64,000 nucleotides of DNA from Calcarisporiella thermophila CBS 279.70 (taxonomy: Eukaryota; Fungi; Calcarisporiellomycota): the NCBI RefSeq assembly GCF_041956535.1, contig NW_027192196.1, positions 737,823 through 801,822 on the forward strand, written 5' to 3'. The notes under the pieces are model-generated. The model worked only from the letters and a program-made list of their open reading frames with translations, did no database searches and was not told where the DNA came from. The translations under genes were made by a program, and so were the position numbers. This document shows, in pieces, positions 54,401 to 64,000 of this stretch; the first letter of the stretch is position 1; each line of letters starts with the position of its first letter.

Positions 54401-54603
54401 TTTTCTGTTTCTTCCAAAAATAATAATCGACGAACATTGGTTGTTAGATGCTTATTGCCATGCTTCCGTACACTGAACGACACTACAAAAGAGCTGACGA
54501 ACTACTTACTGCATCCTTCCTAGTTGACTACACACTTCATTCGATGGATGCACTTCTTGGTTATGATAACGATGCCCAGCCACTCGAGATGGATTTAGAA
54601 TAG
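51429..54603 (+). CDS. UTP13: U3 snoRNP WD40 protein Utp13/TBL3
   Basis: [62 protein letters not shown]. Confidence 0.93.
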
Positions 54604-54890
54604 ATCTTTAATTCAAATGCGCTTCTTCACTTCTTTGTAAGATAAATAACTTCAATAAAATGAAAACACCTCACATTATTATTTCTCTTCAATCGTGAAG
54701 AAGATAGAGCTGTTCTAAATATTTTCCATTATATTGATGTTGAAAATCTCTCATACAAAAAATGCAAAAATAAAACAAAACAATAGATTCCTAAGTGGAT
54801 TCTATTATTGAGTAAAGTGATGAGCAGTTAAAATCCATATTCTCCACGTAAATATTTGATATTGAGAATACGTTCATAAGCTTTTTATCT

Positions 54891-55615
<725 letters not shown>

Positions 55616-56181
55616 TTCGGTAATACTTATGATCAAAGCGACAAAAAAACTACGTGTACTGGGAAATTTGGGAAAAAAAATGCAGATAGTCCAATTGAGG
55701 AAATTCGAATCTAATTAATATCAATTTTGTTAGCAAAAGTGTACATATGGGATGAATAAATTAAGCTAGAATGGAAGTTCTCTATTTTACCATAATTCTT
55801 TGCTCTTTTAATTCAAAAGCATTATAAGAGCTTGGAACCGTGAATGTAATAGAGTATAATATATAATATACGCTAAATAAACAATTGACTCTCAAATACT
55901 TTACTTTTGGGAAAATGAGCGTGAGGTTCAAACTCGTGTCAATTTCTCCAAGGTTTTGATTATTAGGATCCTTAAGCCAAGTGGACCTACGAGTTCAGAC
56001 TTTAAATCAGTTTTAACTATTACTACCTCTGTTGAGAAAACTTACTATTGGAATCTTGTTGAAATCATAGATAATTATACTCTTTCGTGACTGTTAAGAT
56101 TTAGAGTTTTGTGGCAATTAAATATTGAAAAATTCTTTGTGAAATAAATCTCCTATCATCAAGAATTAGTTTTGAAATTAA

Positions 56182-57737
56182 ATGGTTGAAAAAGAAGAAC
56201 ATAGGCAGAGGCTTCGTGTAGTGTCTCTATTGCCTTCTGCCGCCGAATGCATTGCTATGGTAGCGGGTGCGGATGTGATAGTTGGAAGATCTCACGAAGG
56301 TAATCAGTTTTAATTCATGATAACTAACCAATTGTAAAATGTTGCTTAAAGCATCATATGATTACATCGCCCAATATATAATACAAAATGTAGATGATTT
56401 TCCTCCTAGCATTCAAAGCTGCCCGATCTTGACCTCCGCAAAAACAAAATTTACGACATCAGCAGACGTTGACCGGCAGGTTTCCGAGGCTCTTTCTCAG
56501 GGACAAAGTCTATATGATCTGAATGTTGAGCTGTTAAGTAGTCTCAAGCCTGATGTTGTGATAACCCAGGTTTTAATTAACCAGTCTTATCATTGTTGGT
56601 ATTTCTATGTTAACAAGGTTTCTTTTGCTAGGACCTATGTCATGTACATTACTCTAACTTCTATTTGGTTAATATAATATATCTGATAATGTCGATATTT
56701 AATAGGTGTGCTCTATTGATTTAATTACAGTGCAAAGAATTGCAAAACAGCTTGACCCAGGTATATATAGCCTTTTAGTAAATTATTTTATCTCAATACC
56801 GACATAGTTTTATCAATTAGAACCCAAAGTCGTGACTTTAAACCCTCTTTGCTTTGAGGTAAAATAGATTCCAAGCTGGCTTATTCATGTCAGTGGATCT
56901 AACTGAATAATACAGGATGTATTAAAGGATATTGAAGTTGTGGGTGATGCACTCCAGATGCCTTTGCAAGCTCAACGCGCAGTAGATCATCTTAGTAGAC
57001 GAATGCAATACGCTGAATCTATTGCAAAGGAGAATATGGCCAAGAAAAATGGGAAGAGGATTACATGTTTATTTTTGGAATGGGTGGATCCATGCTTTGT
57101 TGGAGGTAATTATGGACATAACTAGTTTCATTTGTAAGATTCATACATCATTGATTTCTTAGGACATTGGACTCCACAACTGATTCATAAAGCGGGCGGT
57201 TTACATTCGCTAAATGCTCCTCCGAGTGAATATAAAGGAGCATCTCGTTCGTATGTCTGTTAAAAGCTTTTGCATCTCACTTTATTTACTCAAAAAATGA
57301 GCGCTTTACATATTAGAGTTGCTTTATCAAATGAAATTGTTGCGAATAGCCAGCCTGAAGTAATCATTGTTTGTCCGTGTGGATTAGATATTGAAGAAAC
57401 TGAAAGAGAGATGAAGAGCGTCGTTACACTTCCTTGGTGGAAGGAAATGGCTGAGCAAGCTAAAAAAATCGTCTATGTAGATGGAAATCAGGTAGGGCTC
57501 TTCCCTTGTTACATTTTTATCTTCGATGTGAATACTATTAAATCTGTCTTTTAGATGTTCAATCGCCCTGGCCCTCGTGAGTCCAATCTTTTTATATGCC
57601 CGGCTGAGTTATTAGCTAAGTAGAGTCTCCCTAACATTTTTACAGGTCTTGTAGATGCTTTCGAATGGCTTGTTGGCTATTTACATGACCGACCCGATAT
57701 TATTCCCGAAGGATTTCCTTACAAGATAATAAAATAA
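56182..57737 (+). CDS. BtuF/TroA-like helical-backbone binding protein (cobalamin/siderophore-binding fold); no signal peptide; about 10 exons
   Basis: RVVSLLPSAAE, VGRSHEDDFP, LKPDVVITQDLCHVCS, FLEWVDPCFVGGHWTPQLI..AGG, PEVIIVCPCG, VDGNQMFNRPGPRLVD. Confidence 0.85.
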
Positions 57738-57859
57738 TTCAAATTTATTCTATGGAATATCTAAGAATAATATTGAGTATTTAATTCCATATATGTAAAC
57801 GTTCATCAATGTCGCATTAAGAAAAAACTGGGATTTAGGTAAAATAATCTTCACACAAA

Positions 57860-58614
57860 ATGAATATAACAAGCATAGGATTATTTCGATCGCTATCTTT
57901 CGGACGACATTCCTGTAGAGCCATCTTCTCAGCACCTACTCCTCGTGGCGTTCGATTTTATTCCGAAAATAGTCAAAAAAATAATAATGAGGATGGAAAG
58001 AATGAAAATTCACAAAGCCAACTAGCTACTGACCAAACAAAAACCGAAAATAAAGCAAATGAAATCGATGAACGCATCACCCTACTTGAGGCTCAAGTTG
58101 CTGAATGGAAAGTAAGATTTTCCTTCACTATGTGTAAATATTATTTGCTCACTATAATTTCCGTCAGGACAAGTATATACGATCTTTGGCAGAAATGGAA
58201 AATGTAAGACAGCGAACTCGTAAAGAAATGGAGCAAGTATCAGAATACGCTATCCAGAAATTCGCGAAAGATCTCCTGGAAACGGTTGATATTCTTGGTC
58301 TGGCGCTGAGATCAGTTCCTGAGCAAGCCCGAACAGATAATTCTCCTGCTAATGCAAACTTGCGTGACCTCTATACAGGGCTGAGCATGACCGAAACCGA
58401 GTTAATTAAAACGCTCCGACGTCATGGAGTAGAACCCTATGGAAAAGAAGGCGAGATATTTGATCCTAATGTTCACCAGGCACTGTACCAATCTCCAGTG
58501 CCTGATAAAGAGGTGGGCACTGTTTTTCGGGTGGAAAAGCCCGGCTACATGCTTAAAGGTCGTATATTGCGCCCAGCACAAGTCGGTGTGGTTGCTGAAG
58601 CCACCTCTGCCTAG
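57860..58614 (+). CDS. MGE1: Mitochondrial GrpE nucleotide exchange factor
   Basis: Presequence; LAEMENVRQRT, YAIQKFAKDLL, FDPNVHQAL, GYMLKGRILRPAQVGV. Confidence 0.95.
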
Positions 58615-58929
58615 GCATTTGATCGAACCGACTGCAATGCAACTACCTCGTGAAATCATATCTAGTTTCTGCATTCTCTAACTTCACAAACGCTATGGCT
58701 TACTGTTCACTTTCGGCTAGGTTGGCCGGAGGAGTTTTTTTTTTCGTCAAGTATTTTACATGCAAAAGATACTTTACTATATCTGACAATTAACCAAACA
58801 GTCTTCCCTATATATTTATTTTAAAAATACAAGTCTATCATATTTGCATGAAAGAAGAATAAACCGATAAAGAAAAATATTGTATTTTAATTATACAAAA
58901 TATCCAATAAATACAAACTTGGTTCCACC

Positions 58930-59807
58930 TCAAAGTTTTAAACTTTTCTCTAATTTTTGGTTATCTTGAGAAGAAAATGCATCCCGTAGCATTTTTTGAG
59001 AGTCTTTGGTATATTCGACCAACTCGCGCAGTAGTCTAGTTTGCCTCTTAAGCGTTTTTCGTAGCTTACGATTCTCTTTGTGTAAGCCGCGGATCTTTCG
59101 AGATAGCTTTTTCAGATGATTCTTTTCTGCATTGGTAGACGAATTATCATACTCAAATTGTCGTAATGGAATATGTGGCTCACTCAAAAAATAATCTGAT
59201 GAAGAAAGGCGATTAGTGGCAGAGATATTACGGTACGGTGCGATCATTTTATATGCAGGATAAGAGGTATTTGGAATCTTTTTAGAGAGAGGCGGTAGCT
59301 TGATGGAATCGATCGATTTGCTTTCAATTGTTTCAGCGGCGTGCTCTTCTTTACTTTGATCAGTTGGGTTAAGTTCACTCTCTCCATTTAACCTGCCAGC
59401 TTCTGAATCAACTTTGCTGTGTTGTGTAACATCTACCTCGTTGATGTTTGTAGTGTGGGGATTTAAAGTATTGACAGGCTGAAGTTCAGGTGGCAATGGA
59501 GTCTGTTAAAAACAAAAAATATATAGTTGATAATCAAAATTCCAACACCCAATATATATGGATTCAATACCTTACGCTGATTGAGTTTTTTAAATTTTAC
59601 CCAACATTGGTCTGTGGTTTTATTATAGCCTAGGGTTGCCATGCGACGAGCCACCTCGTTCCAAAGAGGACGACGACGAGACCGTTGAGTGAACAAATTA
59701 TCCATCTCATGGCGAATTTGTATTAGCGCGCGTGTCTCATCATTTGTCCATTCGGCTCGAGGAGGTGTTTGATTAACGGGCTGTAGAATTGCTCCAAAAT
59801 CTGTCAT
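58930..59807 (-). CDS. Trihelix (GT-1/Myb-SANT-like) transcription factor with C-terminal coiled coil
   Basis: WTNDETRALIQIR..LWNEVARRM..GYNKTTDQCWVKFKKL; one intron; heptad-like C-terminus. Confidence 0.85.
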
Positions 59808-59901
59808 TGTTATAATATTTTTAAATATTTTGCTCTGCGTTACGAACCGGTGCTGACCAGGTAGTTCGAATAAAAGCGAACCGTACCATTCTGTGTGAAA
59901 A

Positions 59902-59909
59902 TGACGTCA
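59902..59909. promoter_or_regulatory. CRE/ATF-type palindrome about 95 bp upstream of the trihelix ATG
   Basis: TGACGTCA in the 118-bp gap between the ADE1 stop and the trihelix start; function unproven. Confidence 0.3.
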
Positions 59910-59925
59910 CAATTTATTACTCGGT

Positions 59926-61251
59926 TTACAAAATTGGCTTTTTGCCAGTTAGCAATTCAAATGCCTCAATATACTTCATCAAAGTATTATCAGCTACATC
60001 TTGTGGGAGCTCAATTGCACTCGTTTTGTCAAAGCTTATAGATTCCAGATAGTTACGTACATATTGCTTATCGAAACTAGAATTAGATAAATGCACATTA
60101 TGGATTAAGAGGTAAATAATTAGAATAAATTCAAAGTGGTTAAAGTTTACCTGTCTTGACTTTTGCCAACCTCATAAGTCTTAGAGGGCCAAAATCGAGA
60201 AGAATCTAAAAGTCATATTTAATAAATGTATAATGATGCATCGATGGATTAAACTAGATTTACCGGGGGTAAGAATTTCATCGACTAGTACAACATTGCC
60301 TTCAGCATCAGAGCCAAATTCAAACTTTGTATCGGCAATAATGATGCCGCGACTCTTTGCATATTCCCTTGCCTATATTTCTCCATAAATATGAATTTGA
60401 ATTTAACAGCATATCAAGCTTAAAATTTATACCTTTGTGTAAAGTTCCAAGGAAATCTTGGAAATAGTATCAGCGCTTTTTTCGCCAACTATATCTTTTA
60501 CTTTGCTTGGGTGAATATTTTCATCTACAAGAGAAATATAAGCCCGAGTTTTCAACCAAATAGCTGTTTACTACATTACCATGCTGACCAATTTCAGCTT
60601 TAGTGCTGGGGGTAAAGAGTGGAGACTCGAGTTCTTGACTTTCTTGAAGGCCATCTGGAAGGGGAATATTGCATACTGTACCCCTCTCTTTATATTCTTT
60701 CCAAGCGGAACCTAATACGATTTAATATATCATTAAAATTCTCAGATTCACACCATTTTATTTTAAGCCGTATTTACCAGCTATGTATCCTCGTACAATG
60801 GCTTCCACGGGAAATACTTTGAGCCGCTTAACCAAGAGTGAGCGTCCTTCGAGTTGATCTCGGTATATTTTTACATTCTCGGGCATGGAATCAAAATCGG
60901 CGGTAATAAGATGATTTGGCACAATATCCTTGAGTAAATTGAACCAGAACACGCTAATTTGAGTAAGAATTTTTCCTTTACCAGGAATTCCCTAAATACA
61001 AATTAAAATTTTGAGCATTGAGCATTATTTCTATTGCAATAACTGAATATACATTCTTCATGACAACGTCAAATGCACTAAGGCGATCGGTAGCAACAAA
61101 TAACAAGCTCTCCTCATCTACTTTGTAAACATCTCGCACCTTTCCGCGAGCAACAAGTTCTAACTTAGGGCAGTTACTGCAAAACAAAGGATAAATTTCG
61201 GTTATGGTAACTACGTTTATAGTATTTTGTCTACCTTTGTAGAAGAGCCAT
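59926..61251 (-). CDS. ADE1: SAICAR synthetase
   Basis: [69 protein letters not shown]. Confidence 0.96.
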
Positions 61252-61742
61252 TCTTTCAGTTCAGTTATTACTTAGTTTTTTAAACCATAATAAACCTAGA
61301 TAAATGATTACGAAACAGTCACCGAAAAAGCCACTCGTCAACAAAATATTTAGTCCAGTTCATTTATTAAGGAAATCGCAGTATTAGAGTAATTACAAGC
61401 TAAATGTCGTGAGTAAATGGAGACTCCAATGCTATTGATTTTAGCATGAAGCACTATGATCTCACTGTATGCTTTAAAAGCTCTATAAAGAAAGGACTTG
61501 AATTCAAGGAGACAGCAAAACACTCTCTGCAAAGAATTCTCACAGTATTTAATGATCTCTTTCCATCATCTTATATAAAATGCTGAAAGTAGAAACTGTG
61601 GTCTATTCGCTTACTCAGAACGAATTATATAGAGCTCTAATTTAAGGAAAAGAGATGTGAAAGGTAAAAGAACAATAAATATATAAGCAAACATTACTGC
61701 GCCACTTAGAACAATTTCGATTTATTTTAATACATCGACAAA

Positions 61743-62593
61743 TCATTGGAATATTTGTGGAAATAGCTTCCTTAGCTTGGAAGCTTCGGTTGCCATATCT
61801 TCTTGGCTCCGAGGGTGGCGGTATTCGTCGTCCATCTTCACGCGCTCTAGCTCATGATATATATCGTCATTTCTTGCAAAATCATTTTTACGTCTCGGGA
61901 GAATATGAATGTGCACATGGGGGACCTATTTTACAATTGCTATTACTTTCGAATTATCCAGTGAATATAATAATAACCTACTGTTTGTCCAGCTGCGTAC
62001 CCATCCTATAGCCATAAATGTATTCAGTATAACATTCTCTTAACACTTATATATTACACGAGTGACCAACCTGAATCGCAAATGTTAATGATTCTGCATT
62101 ATATTCTTTCTCTATTACTTTGGCAACTGTTTGAGCTGAAACCCACAAATCAGATACCTTTAATCCATAAGCGTAATGCGAGCGTTAAATATACTGCGCT
62201 TTAATGAAAAAAAAATAATGAACAGACCTCTTCCGAGGACAATTCCGTAAAACGAGGTACCACACGTCTCGAAATTACTAGTACATCTAAAGTGTAAGTG
62301 CGTTAAGGAATATTCAGAAAAATTACAGTCAATCTGTAAAATTAACAGAGCCAAAAGGATACGACCCCTGACAACAATAGATCGAAAAAAATCAGCTATT
62401 ATTATGGTGCAAAAACAAAAAAAAACTGACTCACGGGACAATGGGCTTTAGATTAACTAGTCCAAGAGAGAGCTGCAGATATATGTATTATTATAACTGT
62501 TTTAGTAATTAATGCATTATTGCCACTTACTTTACTCTGATAAAACACTTCACTCTTGCGTATAACATGTGGTCCGAAAGAATAGGTAGACAT
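61743..62593 (-). CDS. HNT2: Fhit-branch HIT protein (Ap3A/Ap4A hydrolase)
   Basis: FGPH..VFYQSKLSLGLVNLKPIVPGHVLV, QDGYAAGQTVPHVHIHILPR, RTPPPSEPRRYGN region replaced in frame by ..MATEASKLR C-terminus; possible alternative ATG at 62599. Confidence 0.92.
62287..62362 (-). other. U12-type (minor spliceosome) GT-AG intron
   Basis: 5' splice site GTATCCTTTT; branch site TTCCTTAAC 15 nt before the AG end; no long polypyrimidine tract. Confidence 0.92.
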
Positions 62594-63222
62594 TCTCATT
62601 AAATTCATTGTATTTATCGTAAAACCGATTTGGCTAATCTACTAATTTAAATTGGCGCAGTTTAATATTCGATTTATTATAAAGGGTTGATTACTTTGTC
62701 TATTAGACCGAGAATAGTATTAAATAAGTACATTTGTACTAATAGTGAACCTACTGTAAGAATATACACATTCAAAAGGTCTATCCGACAAGGGCTATCT
62801 AAATATTATTATTTTTTGCTAAGTAAATATATAACCAACCCTAGCGCTATATCAAATGCATGGGTAGTGTTGATAATATTTTTCTATCTGTTGTAACACT
62901 CTTCATCAATACTTTAATGTTAGAGGCGCGTATATAAGAAAATAATCGTTTCTCAGTATGCTTTAAATATTTTGGATTTTCTACACTGTTCTGAGGCACT
63001 ATAGAATTTGCCTTATCGATTTAGATTCGGATTCAGATTATTCCTGCTTGAGCTACTTTCCTAATCTTGGAATTTTCCCATTTTCTCTAGGGACTATTTT
63101 TGCAAAGCGGGGATCCTTTTAAGTTGTAAGTATGTATCATCTAAAAGAATAAGATTACGCAAATTTCATGAACATTTCATCTCTTGGATTTTTTTCAGCT
63201 TTTTATATAACGATATAACTAT

Positions 63223-64000
63223 ATGGATTACCGCTCGCCTGCAAAACTCTCCTCTCCAATTCATATATCGTCCGCGAAAGATCAACCCTGGGATGCTTCG
63301 CTCAATTCCACTGCCACGCCTAAAATTTTCAAAAGCCCTACATCAACTTCCGCAATCAAGGAACAGGGTATAGTCCTTTCTCCCTCAATGCTTAGAAATC
63401 TTTTGCTTCAGTCCCCAATCCCAGTGCTCGCTTCGCCTATTCGACGTCCTCTTGGACTGAATCGGTCCGTAAAGGTAGAGCAATCAGGTGCAAAAATCCA
63501 TAGTAGAAACAGATCAGATTCCAGTCCTACTCGCAAGGGAAGAAAAAAGACTCGCTCTACGCCGACGTTATCAACCCATCTTCAGGAGACAGATTCTCTG
63601 TTTGGTCAAAACCTTGATCCATTTGATAAATCTCATAAACACCCTAATACAACTAGGAGCCCATCGCGTAAATTTCCAAATGTAGATAGCCAATCGATAG
63701 ATAGGAGTGAGGATAATGAGTGGGAGGAAAAGCATGACGATTTCGATATGTCCGATGGCTGTTCAACTAAGCGAAGCCTCTTTGCTGACCAGATCTCTTC
63801 TCGCAGTAAAGATCAACCTAGAAACGATCGGGAGCCATTCCAGGAATTAGTAGTACTTACGGCACCATCACCCTTAGCCTCATCTTCGCCATTAATCCAG
63901 GATAATCTTGGTCCAATAAGTTCCAATGAAAGTGGATTTCAAATTTGGGAAGATCCGGAAGAGCTTGTAAGAGAAGATATGAACGTTCACACTTCATCCG
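63223..64000 (+). CDS. 5' part of a disordered Ser/Pro-rich protein, possibly a cell-cycle or APC/C-interacting protein; runs off the window
   Basis: Frame open from ATG 63223 to the window end (259 codons); many SP/TP sites, RRPLGLN and FQIWED motifs. Confidence 0.7.
   Translation, partial: MDYRSPAKLSSPIHISSAKDQPWDASLNSTATPKIFKSPTSTSAIKEQGIVLSPSMLRNLLLQSPIPVLASPIRRPLGLNRSVKVEQSGAKIHSRNRSDSSPTRKGRKKTRSTPTLSTHLQETDSLFGQNLDPFDKSHKHPNTTRSPSRKFPNVDSQSIDRSEDNEWEEKHDDFDMSDGCSTKRSLFADQISSRSKDQPRNDREPFQELVVLTAPSPLASSSPLIQDNLGPISSNESGFQIWEDPEELVREDMNVHTSS

Noticed and set aside
55915-55952. tRNA T-arm or B-box-like GGTTCAAACTC..CCA
   Set aside because: No G53-C61 closure, D arm, anticodon arm or acceptor stem.
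58705-58744. Hairpin followed by a T run, resembling a bacterial or Pol III terminator
   Set aside because: Lies in a eukaryotic Pol II 3' UTR (MGE1); no Pol III gene upstream.

Overview
Gene-dense, AT-rich, intron-rich eukaryotic DNA with about 33 protein-coding genes in 64 kb and introns mostly 50-100 nt. The gene content (class IV chitin synthase, O-fucosyltransferase-like protein, trihelix factor, canonical PPR protein, BtuF-like protein, a U12-type intron) points to an early-diverging, non-Dikarya fungus, probably Mucoromycota-like; this is an inference. Most genes are housekeeping: VMA7, MYG1, mitoribosomal bL31m and bL33m, TatD, NAA38, SQOR, STT4, chitin synthase, EDEM/MNL1, bestrophin-like, MTM1, GH20, TRM44, CBS, ALG1, UTP13, RBX1, MGE1, ADE1, HNT2/FHIT. 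Exon structures were reconstructed by hand from splice signals and protein motifs. No tRNA, rRNA, transposon or CRISPR was found. Most notable: (1) a textbook U12-type minor intron next to a 5-nt micro-exon in FHIT/HNT2; (2) a start codon apparently created only by splicing in bL33m; (3) two unrelated 47-48 bp perfect palindromes, each paired with a 23-nt hairpin, upstream of mitochondrial gene-expression genes; (4) an intron-rich, signal-less BtuF/cobalamin-binding-like gene; (5) spliced genes that the ORF track misses. I cannot establish a wholly new multi-gene system from sequence alone.
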